IMG/VR virus record: IMGVR_UViG_3300037484_000374
Span: 106,952 to 170,951 of that record
Origin: a virus
Direction: 5' to 3' (one strand)
DNA: 64,000 bases
In this document: in pieces, positions 46,861 through 56,936 of the stretch
Layout of the letters: each line of letters begins with the position of its first letter
Position numbering within the stretch: position 1 is the stretch's first letter
Position numbers and translations under genes: made by a program
The notes under the pieces: model-generated
What the model was told of the DNA's origin: nothing
Databases searched by the model: none
What the model saw: the letters and a program-made list of their open reading frames with translations, nothing else

Positions 46861-47391
46861 TTATTTCACCACCACTTTAATGATTTCTGGAATAATTATA
46901 TCGGCTATTTGTTTATTTATCATATCAGCCATCTCTTTGTTGATCTCAGCTGGGTTCCTACCATCTGATGTACAATGCCCACCATATTGGAATACTTGGG
47001 CGGCATCCTTTAATGTGTAGAATTGTTTATACAAATCCTTAATACGCCACCAGTTTTTGGAGATACGTGCTGGAACCTCATCGAGAAATGTTTCGAGTTT
47101 TTCCCATACAGAGCATCCATTGCTGATAACAACAGCACCCCTTTTCTTTTCTGACCAAGGGGTTATAAAATTACCAAGGCTATGGCCTCTGATATCTGGC
47201 GTTTCAAGAAACGCACCATCGAAATGAGCATGGAAATGCTTGTTGCCAATATAACCACCACCCCAATACCATTCACAGGTCCACTTGAAACCCTCAAGAA
47301 ACACTGGCTCTCTTGAACCATACAGTTCTTTCTTGGTATATCCAAGTCTCACCTTAAATGAATAATCTTTCTTTTTGAAATCATCGCTCAT
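46861..47391 (-). CDS. hypothetical protein
   Basis: Own sigma70 promoter near 47460; GAGG RBS. Confidence 0.7.
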   Translation of the reverse strand: MSDDFKKKDYSFKVRLGYTKKELYGSREPVFLEGFKWTCEWYWGGGYIGNKHFHAHFDGAFLETPDIRGHSLGNFITPWSEKKRGAVVISNGCSVWEKLETFLDEVPARISKNWWRIKDLYKQFYTLKDAAQVFQYGGHCTSDGRNPAEINKEMADMINKQIADIIIPEIIKVVVK

Positions 47392-47927
47392 GGTTTATAC
47401 CTCATTGTTAAGTAAAGATTTAATCTTATACTGTATTATAACACATAGAGATCAGATGTCAATGCTTACTTTGTAAATTTTGCTTTAATTGTTTCTTCCA
47501 GTTTGGCGGCACACTCTGGACAATAACCATGTGATATTGTAATATCCTTAGAAATCTCCTTGGTTTTGTGCCATTCATCACCTATTCTTATATACTTACA
47601 AACACAGCAAATTGTGATGAGATTTTTGGCCGGTGTTGGAACAAATTCTTCCCAGTATCCACATACCCCATTTGATTCAATGGTTGATCTATTCCATACA
47701 TATTCCGGTAATGGGTTATGGGAACACCATATTTCATCGTGGAAAGTGTCAAAATTACGGAAAATACATTCACTACAGGATTTCTCTTGATTGTTGGTTT
47801 CGTATTCTATCATAAATTACCTTGGGTATATTGGCTCAAATCTTCTATCAGATCATCTATATCCCAAGCCATCCAATACATATCTGTACCGAATTCATGT
47901 TCATTTTCATTATTTCTCATTCTCATA

Positions 47928-48734
47928 TTAATAACCATCCTTTATCATTTTTTTAACACCATCTTCGATGCTGACTTGTGGTTGCCAATCGGTGAGTTCT
48001 ATCATTGTGCTTATATCAGCCACATTACCCTGAACACCAATACCTCTGTCATTATTGTATGTAACGGTTGAGTTTTCTCTGTTTTCTGCAAACATATTGG
48101 CAAGTTGGTTTATACTTGTTCCAACACCAGTGCCTATATCAACAGTTACTCCGTTTAGTTTTTCAAAGTTCTCCATACAGGAAACGATACCACTAATCAC
48201 ATCTTCTATGTATATAAAGTCTCGTACCTGTGTTCCATCACCATCAACTGTCAGGGCATGGCAATTATATAACTGTTTTGTGAAAACGCTCATGATCGAG
48301 CCTTTCTTTTCAAGGTATCCCCCGCCACCATATATATTTGAGAAGTTCATCACCACACAATCATTCCTTGTCAGGACAATACCTTCACATATATGCTTAT
48401 GCATGGCATAGGTAGATTCCTTTGGTGTCTTGGAAGCCTGTGAGGATGCGAACAATATCGGTATATCATTTTCCCGTGCGAAGTTGGATATGTTTACCGT
48501 GGCAAGAACATTATCCCTAAATGCCCTGTTTTTATGATCTTCACATGCCTGAATCCCAGGAAGGGCCGCTAAGTGTATGATAAAACCACAGTCTGTGTTA
48601 TCATACGCATTCATGTGGTTGATATCTTTGTTAATTCGTCTATCAATCTGGACAACATCCCCGCCATCAGCCACAAGATACTGACATAAAATACTTCCAA
48701 TATACCCCATACTTCCTGTTACCATTATTTTCAT
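47928..48734 (-). CDS. NAD-dependent epimerase/dehydratase
   Basis: TGSMGYIG, HLAA, YAMHK and GDGTQVRDFIY motifs. Confidence 0.88.
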   Translation of the reverse strand: MKIMVTGSMGYIGSILCQYLVADGGDVVQIDRRINKDINHMNAYDNTDCGFIIHLAALPGIQACEDHKNRAFRDNVLATVNISNFARENDIPILFASSQASKTPKESTYAMHKHICEGIVLTRNDCVVMNFSNIYGGGGYLEKKGSIMSVFTKQLYNCHALTVDGDGTQVRDFIYIEDVISGIVSCMENFEKLNGVTVDIGTGVGTSINQLANMFAENRENSTVTYNNDRGIGVQGNVADISTMIELTDWQPQVSIEDGVKKMIKDGY

Positions 48735-49118
48735 ATCAATATCCTCTTTTTAATTATTGTGTATTATTGTATTTTTTATTGGTCTTCTGACTTATACGTT
48801 ATCTACACCTTATATAACACTTATCTTTAAATAAAGTGCAAATTTTTTATACTTTTTATTAATTTTTTATAAGTTTAGCGTAACTGCACGAAACCCCCAT
48901 AAAAATCATCTTCAATATTCTTATAGATATCCATCATTTTTTCTTCTTTTGACCTCTCTTTTTTGGGTTTAAAGTATCACAGTGATATCCAAAGATAACC
49001 TCAGCCATCTCTGAAAGATCACAGTCACCCAATTTAAGAAACTCTTCAACAGTGATTTCCTTGCAGTCAAGTTTCTTGATCTTTCTTATCATTTCGTTTA
49101 CATCAATTTTAGTTTTCA

Positions 49119-49367
49119 TTACACATCCCCATTTTCTGCTATCTTTTCTTCCTCATATGGGACCAACATCCTTCGTTCAATCTCAACGACACACTGTCGT
49201 AATTCTCCGAGGAAGTTTTTATAATTATTATAGCTTGGTGGAACAGCAAATTTACAAAATGCAAACAAAATATAATTCAGATCACCATCAGCCTTTACAT
49301 TTAAATCCATCATTAGATCAATTATTGGTGATACTTCAATTCTTCGTTCTTGTTTAATATATGGCAT
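49119..49367 (-). CDS. conserved phage protein (MPYIK...YE..KI.ENGDV)
   Basis: Recognisable small phage-family pattern. Confidence 0.7.
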   Translation of the reverse strand: MPYIKQERRIEVSPIIDLMMDLNVKADGDLNYILFAFCKFAVPPSYNNYKNFLGELRQCVVEIERRMLVPYEEEKIAENGDV

Positions 49368-49371
49368 GATC

Positions 49372-50052
49372 CTACTCCTTCAAACATTTCAAAAAGAACG
49401 CATATCTATCATATGTATTCTCATTTGTGTGCACCACCACATCAACACATTTATGACAATAGAGCGGTATCACTTTTGAAACAAACTGGTGTTTTCTTTT
49501 TGTAAACGGCTCGCCACAAAGGCTACACAGATATTTATTACCTGAGTGTCTGTTCCCGTAGATATCACGCTTTAATATCCCATATGGAAGTGTGTCAAGA
49601 TACACATATAATTCTTTAAAACTGGTGAACAGTTTTGTGCTAAGAGCATACAGCCATCCTGGAATTTCATTGCGCCAATCCTTATAGGAGCTCACTATGA
49701 AATTAGGGATATCGTGTAGGTAGGCAAATTGACATTCACTGATCGTACCGGCGCCCATCCTTGCGCTTCTATCGTAGTATGTTATAAGAGCATCTGTTTG
49801 GGTGCGAATTAACTCAAGATCGGAATAAACAAAATGCTTTCTAATATCCGATTTCCTCTGTATATCATCTTTGGTATCACAGACAGAATAAAGTTCACCA
49901 TGCTCTTTTGAGTATGAGAGATCGAGTGCTGTAATATCCAGCGGCAAGAAATCCATCTTCCTGAGTCTGGTTGAACACTTCGTGCGCCATCCACCACCCA
50001 AGTTTTTTGCGTATTGCATACCACCACTTAAATAAATTTTACCATTGCTCAT
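49372..50052 (-). CDS. nucleoside 2-deoxyribosyltransferase-like protein with C-terminal zinc finger
   Basis: IYLSGGM..W R...D...D.L...GAGT.SE. Confidence 0.7.
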   Translation of the reverse strand: MSNGKIYLSGGMQYAKNLGGGWRTKCSTRLRKMDFLPLDITALDLSYSKEHGELYSVCDTKDDIQRKSDIRKHFVYSDLELIRTQTDALITYYDRSARMGAGTISECQFAYLHDIPNFIVSSYKDWRNEIPGWLYALSTKLFTSFKELYVYLDTLPYGILKRDIYGNRHSGNKYLCSLCGEPFTKRKHQFVSKVIPLYCHKCVDVVVHTNENTYDRYAFFLKCLKE

Positions 50053-50623
50053 CTGATATTTCCCTCATTTTCTCTACCATTTTCGCCATTAAATGCTCAT
50101 CATCTGCTATTTTCCTATAGCTAACGGCTTGTCCTTCGATTTTAAAGGGCACTACATGGAAGAAATATATTTTAATGTAATGGTGACGCTGAAAATTGTA
50201 TCTATACGTCAACATTGTAAGTTCTTTCAGGTTGAAATACAAATCCATCGATATCTCAAATGAATTTTTGAGAGAATTCCACTCATCGAATGTCTTAGAA
50301 AAGAATATCTTATTATAATCGTATTTTAGTTCAGGATCGTTATTGAAGCTGGTGTTCTCAGAATACCACCTTACAAAAATGTCCCAAAGGTTATATAGGC
50401 TTTCCATTTATTATCCTCTTTTTACCTAATTATACCATATTATCACTGGTATGTAAACCAGCACTATCCCCTTATCCTTAAAAGGTGAATTAATAGGCCG
50501 GTGTATTTGATTATATTCTTGGTGTTTCCTATAGCTCTTTTAATCTTTGGGGTCAAATCACCACCTCTGAATACCTTCAAATCATCCACAGCCTGTTGCT
50601 GTATATTGTATAACATCTCTATT

Positions 50624-51178
50624 TTATTCATACTCCACTTCTCCTATAAATGCTTCCTCATCGAGCAATCCATTACATTTAACACAGTAATATGTCCCAC
50701 CTCTGTTTATTCTTTTGTGTCTTATAAGTCCAACCCGATGAATTCTACACCCACAATCATATTTGAATTTTCTGGTTGTTAATGATACTTTCACCGAACT
50801 TGTATCGTACCGATGACATCTTTGAGGGTTTGAGAAACCCAACATATACATAACTGTTCGCCATTCTTCACCATGAGAACGACGTACCTTGCCGTGGTCA
50901 TAAACAACTGACAAATGTGCCATTTCATGGGGAATTGTTTCTTTTAAGTATGTTTCTCTATTGGCTCTCAATATGTCTACATTTATCCTAATAATCCAAT
51001 GGGGTTCAAGGTAACTCGTTATGGCTTGACCGGCACATTTTCCTGTCAATGAATAGTCAATGGTCGGATATGGTACAAAAAAGCCTTTAGAAACCATTGT
51101 AAGAATACAATCTTCAACTTTATCTTTTACTTCTTTCATCAACTCTTTATCTGGGATAATTTCTATGATTTTTCTCAC
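50624..51178 (-). CDS. SprT-like zinc metalloprotease
   Basis: TIPHEMAH, HGEEW and Y.C.C...C..C motifs. Confidence 0.85.
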   Translation of the reverse strand: MRKIIEIIPDKELMKEVKDKVEDCILTMVSKGFFVPYPTIDYSLTGKCAGQAITSYLEPHWIIRINVDILRANRETYLKETIPHEMAHLSVVYDHGKVRRSHGEEWRTVMYMLGFSNPQRCHRYDTSSVKVSLTTRKFKYDCGCRIHRVGLIRHKRINRGGTYYCVKCNGLLDEEAFIGEVEYE

Positions 51179-51493
51179 GATAAACCTCTTTGAAAAATGT
51201 TATTAAGAATCTTCATCTTCATCATCACCCCAATAGTAACCGTTATCGAGATGTTCTTGTTTTTCTTTTTTATCGTAATTGTCGTTCCATCTTTCTTCGA
51301 GACACCATAAAGGGAACAGCAATGTCTGGTAGAGGAAGTCAACCAAGTTTGTCGGAGCCGGTGTCTTTACCGTATGGTGAATGGCAAAAACAAACAAAAA
51401 GTATCCAATTATTATGACTAATAATGCTTCCATGATCAACTTCCTCTTAATTGATTTATCTTATAATGTATTATACCATATTTTCAGGGGTGG

Positions 51494-52429
51494 TCAAGGG
51501 ATTATTTTATTTTTGTTGCAGGCCATATCAACTGGTCTACAGCCTATATCTTTATGTGCTTTTTCTATATGACATTTCTTGCAAAGTGTAACACACATAT
51601 CGGGGTCGGCACTTTCTATTGGGTTTATTTCAATACCATCGTAGTGGTGACATCTAAGGTTTTTTGTGCTACCACATATCTGACATTTGTAATCATCTCT
51701 TTCAAGAACTATAGCTCTTAATGCTGATTGATCTGGTCTTGATGTATATGGTTTTTCGCCCTTTCGGTATTTTATTTGGTTAAATACGGGACAATCTCTT
51801 TTGCATTGATCCGAACAATAAAATCTTCTCTCACCACTGATTTTATTATAACCTTTTATAACCTGTATTCTTGTATCAACATTAACTTTTGTTGGGATAT
51901 ACCATTTATCACAATATGTACATTTTACTTCCAAAATATTCTTGTCATCTGGTGATCTTCTACACTCAACACCGTATGGTGATAGTTGTAGTATATATGT
52001 ATAATACATTGGAATATTGTTTTTAGCATATCCACCTTTCCATGCTGGGTTTTTTGAACCAACAGAATTCTTAGTGATTTTATGGTGTCTTGATAATTTT
52101 TTCTTTTTATCATCAGACCATTTTCCACCATAATTTGGGTTGTTTTTACCAGATACATCATAATGGTTCTTAGACATTTTTTTTCTTGTTTCTTCACTAT
52201 GTTTTTTTCCATGATTAGGATTATTTTCACCAGATGATGCGCATGATTTTGAACAAAATATATTCATTCCTTTTTTAAATTTCTTTTTATTAGCAAGATA
52301 TAATCTACCACACCCGTAGCAATAGTTTAAAATATATTTTTTTCTATTATTATCTGTATCACCAATAGTCCAATGATTATATTTTGGATCAAATCTTAAA
52401 TTTTTACAATTCTCATAACTTATCTTCAT
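51494..52429 (-). CDS. HNH homing endonuclease with NUMOD3 motifs
   Basis: GKKHSEETRKKMS; RDDYKCQICG...HH...TLCKKCH. Confidence 0.85.
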   Translation of the reverse strand: MKISYENCKNLRFDPKYNHWTIGDTDNNRKKYILNYCYGCGRLYLANKKKFKKGMNIFCSKSCASSGENNPNHGKKHSEETRKKMSKNHYDVSGKNNPNYGGKWSDDKKKKLSRHHKITKNSVGSKNPAWKGGYAKNNIPMYYTYILQLSPYGVECRRSPDDKNILEVKCTYCDKWYIPTKVNVDTRIQVIKGYNKISGERRFYCSDQCKRDCPVFNQIKYRKGEKPYTSRPDQSALRAIVLERDDYKCQICGSTKNLRCHHYDGIEINPIESADPDMCVTLCKKCHIEKAHKDIGCRPVDMACNKNKIIP

Positions 52430-52540
52430 ATTGGCATTATACCATACTGAGATAAAATGTCAAGTAAAAAGTGAGTAAATATGTGATTTTATTTAAGGGT
52501 TGTGTATTTTTAGGAAGGAACTTGGTGGTTTTTACTCAAT

Positions 52541-52574
52541 AAAAAACCCCCACCAGAATTAACCAGTGGGGGGA
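52541..52574 (-). terminator. terminator after the major capsid gene
   Basis: CCCCCACTGG-ttaa-TTCTGGTGGGGG-TTTTTT on the minus strand. Confidence 0.75.
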
Positions 52575-52612
52575 TTGTGTACTTTTACTTATCAGTCTTT
52601 TACTTTAAAAAC

Positions 52613-53815
52613 TTATACAAAATTTGAAAGTATCAGACGAATATAATAGTTAGATGAACCGAAGATATTGTCATGTATAGCATATCTGCTCATCAAACCA
52701 ATTGTACTATTGAATGAATCTTCAAAAACCGCTTTACTTGCCATCAACTGAATATATGGCAAATATACGACCCCTGTATCATACTCGCTTGGACCTTTAT
52801 AACCAATTACAAGGTCATCAGAAGTAGCGAATGTGTCACGATATACACTCATACGACCTTCAAGAGAACCAACTTTTGCAACACCAACAACTGCTGTATT
52901 TACGTCAGCATTTACAGGTGCAGTGGTGAAAGCGGCGGTTGCTTCAAGAGCAGCGCATGGTTGAGGAGCAGTAACAACGAAGTTACCAGCACCCCTACGA
53001 GTGTCGATAGCAATCTGATTTGCTTTTTTGATGATATGGTTGTAAAGGTTACGATACTTCTCTGATTCCCAACGACCATCGAAATCGGTAGAAGATGCCC
53101 AGTTCAGAGTTGTAGATGCGCTATTACCAGCGGCAACTGTTCTGATTTTGGCCATCAACTCACGGTCAATTTCCGCTGTGATTTCGTATGCCAAAACGTC
53201 AGCCATTTCTTCTTCTAAATTCAGGCCGTGCATAGCTTTTAAGTCCTGAGCAACTTCAACTGACCATCTGCTTCTCAACTTACGAGTTTTTGCTTCAACT
53301 TGCGCTTTCTCAACAGTCATGCTGAGTTCTTTGATCTGTACATCGGAACCGATACCAAGACCACGTTTGGTTGTTGTATCAGAACCAAGTTCCTCACCAG
53401 CTGTGGTATTCATAGAACCAGTGTATGTTGAATCAATGCTGTTATGTCCAACTTCCGTTCCAGCCACACTATTATAAGTCTGATCTGCTGTGAAACGAAG
53501 GGCAAACGCTAATCCAACAGGACCGGTCATTGGCTGTACACCAACGATTTCATGAGCGATCAATTCAGGGAATGTTCTACGAACCATAGGGATAGCGATT
53601 TTATGGAACTCGCCATTTCCTGCGTATCCAGCGGCATTAGGGTCAACTGAACCCGAACCATATGCTGTGGTTTCATTCATTTCACGTCCACCTGTAAGAT
53701 AAACATGCTCATTGTGTAACATAACTGCTGTAGCGGTTCTTACTTTCTCTGATTTAAAAGTTCCACCTGCATCGAGAACTTCTTTCCAGTTTTCGGTAAT
53801 TTGTTTAATATCCAT
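52613..53815 (-). CDS. major capsid protein (T4 gp23-like)
   Basis: VGVQPMTGPVGLAFALR, AKTRKL..RWS.E.AQDLKAMHG, EI.AEIDRE and Y.PY motifs. Confidence 0.97.
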   Translation of the reverse strand: MDIKQITENWKEVLDAGGTFKSEKVRTATAVMLHNEHVYLTGGREMNETTAYGSGSVDPNAAGYAGNGEFHKIAIPMVRRTFPELIAHEIVGVQPMTGPVGLAFALRFTADQTYNSVAGTEVGHNSIDSTYTGSMNTTAGEELGSDTTTKRGLGIGSDVQIKELSMTVEKAQVEAKTRKLRSRWSVEVAQDLKAMHGLNLEEEMADVLAYEITAEIDRELMAKIRTVAAGNSASTTLNWASSTDFDGRWESEKYRNLYNHIIKKANQIAIDTRRGAGNFVVTAPQPCAALEATAAFTTAPVNADVNTAVVGVAKVGSLEGRMSVYRDTFATSDDLVIGYKGPSEYDTGVVYLPYIQLMASKAVFEDSFNSTIGLMSRYAIHDNIFGSSNYYIRLILSNFV

Positions 53816-53870
53816 TTTTACTCTCCTTGTTATTTCTTATGTGTTTATTGTACTAATAATTGTTTATGGA

Positions 53871-54809
53871 TTATAACTTACTAATCCATTCCTTTTGCAT
53901 CTTCTGCCAAGGGGTTAACTCATCTGTCTTATTTTCTGCCAAGATGTTTTTGGCATCCTCTTTTAAAGCTTCATCAAGTTCGCCTTTTCCCTTGCCATCT
54001 TTCTTCTTATCTTCTTCTTTTTCTTCCACTTTCTTCATGGCTGCACCACATTCAGCACATTTTGAATCATCGCCCTCTTTAATACTGGCTTTTGCACCAC
54101 ACTCAGGACACTCATATGCCATCGTGACAACGTCTTTTTTCTTTTCTGTTTTTTTCTCTTCCTCTGGCTCTTCCTCTGGCTCTTCCTCTTCTTTAAGATT
54201 AAGAGTTTCAACGATGATAGCATATTTCTTGTCAATTTCTTCTTTAACTAAAACACCATCAAGCAATTTAACTACCTGATTTCTCTGTGATTCTGTAAGA
54301 CCATCACATTTCTTTCCAAGATAAAGTTTAGCGGCCATCTCTTGAGCATCTTTCTCAATTTCGAGTTTATCGCCCATGAGAGAGTTAACGCTACCTTTAA
54401 GAGATACGATTTCATCTTTCGCTTCTCTAAGGAGTTCTTGGGTTTCCCTGTTTACAAGTCCTTCATCAATACCGAGTCTGGTTTTGAACTGCTCAATAAG
54501 GTCTTCATACAACTCACCCTGTTTTGCAAACTTCAATACTTTCTCAGGAATGACCATTTCGGCTTCGAGAATTTTGTCAACGAAGTTTGAGAATTTTGAT
54601 GTTACATCATCTTTATATTCTTCAAATTTTGCTTCCATCTGTTCTGCCAACGCCGCTTTTGCTTCTGTAATCTTCTCTTCTACAATCTTTGCTGATTTTT
54701 CGTCAGATTTTGCATCGATAAGCGTTTGAAGACCAACTTTCAATTCTTCTTGTTGTTCCTCATTCAGCGAATCAACACCTAACAGTGTTAAAACTTTTTT
54801 TAAATCCAT
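53871..54809 (-). CDS. prohead core scaffold (gp22-like) with zinc-ribbon insert
   Basis: Acidic coiled coil between gp21 and gp23; CPECG...CAECG. Confidence 0.8.
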   Translation of the reverse strand: MDLKKVLTLLGVDSLNEEQQEELKVGLQTLIDAKSDEKSAKIVEEKITEAKAALAEQMEAKFEEYKDDVTSKFSNFVDKILEAEMVIPEKVLKFAKQGELYEDLIEQFKTRLGIDEGLVNRETQELLREAKDEIVSLKGSVNSLMGDKLEIEKDAQEMAAKLYLGKKCDGLTESQRNQVVKLLDGVLVKEEIDKKYAIIVETLNLKEEEEPEEEPEEEKKTEKKKDVVTMAYECPECGAKASIKEGDDSKCAECGAAMKKVEEKEEDKKKDGKGKGELDEALKEDAKNILAENKTDELTPWQKMQKEWISKL

Positions 54810-54931
54810 ACTATAATCCTCCTATTGTGATTTAATAAACCATTGATTTCTATATATATTTATACATAGAAAAAGGAAATCCACCATTTGTAGATTTCCC
54901 CTATACTATATGTGAAAATTGAAAGACGTTA

Positions 54932-56614
54932 TTAAATGTTCTTTAGAAGTTTCTTAATGAGTTCCATTTGGTGTTTTGCAAATATTTCCTGTGCTTCTTC
55001 AACAGACAACTCAGGCTGTGCTACAATAGAGTCCCATTCCTTACCCTCATAAATACCCCTCACCCAGCTTGGTGAATTTGAAGGCTCGGTTACTAAGTCC
55101 CATGTCAGCAAATTGAAATCATCATTAACACGACCATCACTTCCAACTGTTCCGAGGCCACGACTACTGATACCAATACCACCCTCTTTTACGAGAGTCT
55201 TGGCGATGTTTCCCATTGGTGTGTCAAGTACCTTGGCTTTACCTATGATGTCGTTACCCTTCCAATCAAGTGATTCAACCCTGATAGCGATCTTATCAGG
55301 GTTGATTTCAGGACAATTACCTGTCCAGAACGAAACACTATCTTTATTTCTAACATAGAAATTTTGATTTTTTACCCTAACGCAATAAACATTACCATTG
55401 TAAGATTCTTTACTAACATTGGTATGATCATCAAACATCCATATACCTTTTGAAGTATATAACTTTAGAAAATATAGAGGTTGTTTATTACACGCTTTGA
55501 TAACTCTACCTCCAAAAACATAATCGGTATCACATATTTCCACTGTCTTCATTGCAGAAATATCACACTTCAATGCAATTTCATGAAAATCATCAATCAT
55601 TCTTTTAGATGTTGAAAATATGCCCCTTCTTTCGTATCCATTATCATCAACACTATGCCTATCATCACCGACACCAAACCAATAAAGTAACTGTTCTAAG
55701 TATTGAGGTGATAACTGTTTGAATTCATCTGGTATATATTTACTATAACAATTACCCAATCCCTCAAGAAATTTTGATAATCTTCTATCCGTCAATATAA
55801 ATTCTCTATCTTTTCTTCCCCATTTCATACCCTCAGGGAACATATCTAATAATTTTTCAATCATTAAAGAACTTTCTTCCTTAATATGAGAAATATGAAC
55901 ACATGTATATGTACCATCCCCACCTTTTGATAAATTACCTTTTGCAAGATAGATACCGAGAAATGATATAAATACATTCATATCTATTTCAACATTTTCA
56001 GTATAGTCTTTTTTAAATTTTCTATTTTTACATTCGTCAACTGAAAATCCTTTCAAGGTAAAGACATCTATATCATTACCTATCCATGTGCCTGTCTTGG
56101 GGATATAACATTTTTTAAATCTTCTTGTAGTTGATTGATCAACCTCTTCTGAGGTCGCAAACAAATGTTTGTTATATCTATCTATCAGAAAATGTCTATG
56201 GGTGGGTGTGAAAGACATATCAACTTGTCTATTTTTATATCTAAACATATCACCTACAAAAGGTGCTTCTATACGTTCGTCTATTTGATGATATTCAATT
56301 TCTCTGGAGTCTGGATTAAGTGTTGCAACAACCTCATCATTTGCGATATTCTGAATCTCTTTCCATCCATCTTTTGTTAATATTTCATTATCACCAAAAA
56401 TACAAGGTGGATGGCCTAACTCACCCCACAGGCTTCTATCAATCTTTTCATTTATTTTCTTGATTTCTCTTTCAAGTAAATTACGACCATAAACTCTACC
56501 ATTGCCGTTCTTGAGTTCTGCTGATGAGAAAACACCATAGATGTAAAGGTCTTGACCTTTCTCTTCTACAAGAATATCAGCGAACATTTCTTCTGTTATT
56601 AGTTTTCTACCCAT
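54932..56614 (-). CDS. prohead protease (gp21-like) with intein
   Basis: NGRVY, GELGHP, GKAKVLDTPMG, GISSRGLG and D.V..PS motifs. Confidence 0.93.
   Translation of the reverse strand: MGRKLITEEMFADILVEEKGQDLYIYGVFSSAELKNGNGRVYGRNLLEREIKKINEKIDRSLWGELGHPPCIFGDNEILTKDGWKEIQNIANDEVVATLNPDSREIEYHQIDERIEAPFVGDMFRYKNRQVDMSFTPTHRHFLIDRYNKHLFATSEEVDQSTTRRFKKCYIPKTGTWIGNDIDVFTLKGFSVDECKNRKFKKDYTENVEIDMNVFISFLGIYLAKGNLSKGGDGTYTCVHISHIKEESSLMIEKLLDMFPEGMKWGRKDREFILTDRRLSKFLEGLGNCYSKYIPDEFKQLSPQYLEQLLYWFGVGDDRHSVDDNGYERRGIFSTSKRMIDDFHEIALKCDISAMKTVEICDTDYVFGGRVIKACNKQPLYFLKLYTSKGIWMFDDHTNVSKESYNGNVYCVRVKNQNFYVRNKDSVSFWTGNCPEINPDKIAIRVESLDWKGNDIIGKAKVLDTPMGNIAKTLVKEGGIGISSRGLGTVGSDGRVNDDFNLLTWDLVTEPSNSPSWVRGIYEGKEWDSIVAQPELSVEEAQEIFAKHQMELIKKLLKNI
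55316..56404 (-). mobile_element. intein with LAGLIDADG-like domain in the prohead protease (363 aa)
   Basis: P/CIFGDNEILT...FTPTHR...VYCVRV...FWTGN/C. Confidence 0.9.
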
Positions 56615-56632
56615 TGGGTTTCTCCTTAGTCT

Positions 56633-56866
56633 CTATAGACGATTACTTTTCGTCTTTTTCTTTTGGGGCAGTTTAACTTCACCATCTTCGGGTTCCGGTT
56701 CCTTATCTGGTTCTGGTTTGGGATCGATTCCCTTTTCTAAACCAGCCTTTGTTTCAATATAAGTATTTACAGCTGTGTGAACCTCTGCTTTAATCTTTTC
56801 CCCTGCCGCAATAAAATCATCATTCTCGAAATCTGTAAACGCATCTTTAATCTTCTCAGTGTCCAT
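56633..56866 (-). CDS. small prohead core protein (gp67/68 position)
   Basis: Acidic; lies between portal and protease; late promoter at 56909. Confidence 0.6.
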   Translation of the reverse strand: MDTEKIKDAFTDFENDDFIAAGEKIKAEVHTAVNTYIETKAGLEKGIDPKPEPDKEPEPEDGEVKLPQKKKTKSNRL

Positions 56867-56936
56867 TTTTATCTCCTTACAGTTTAGTTAAACACTACAT
56901 CTATTAAGTATTTATATTATTTATTTAAAATATTAA

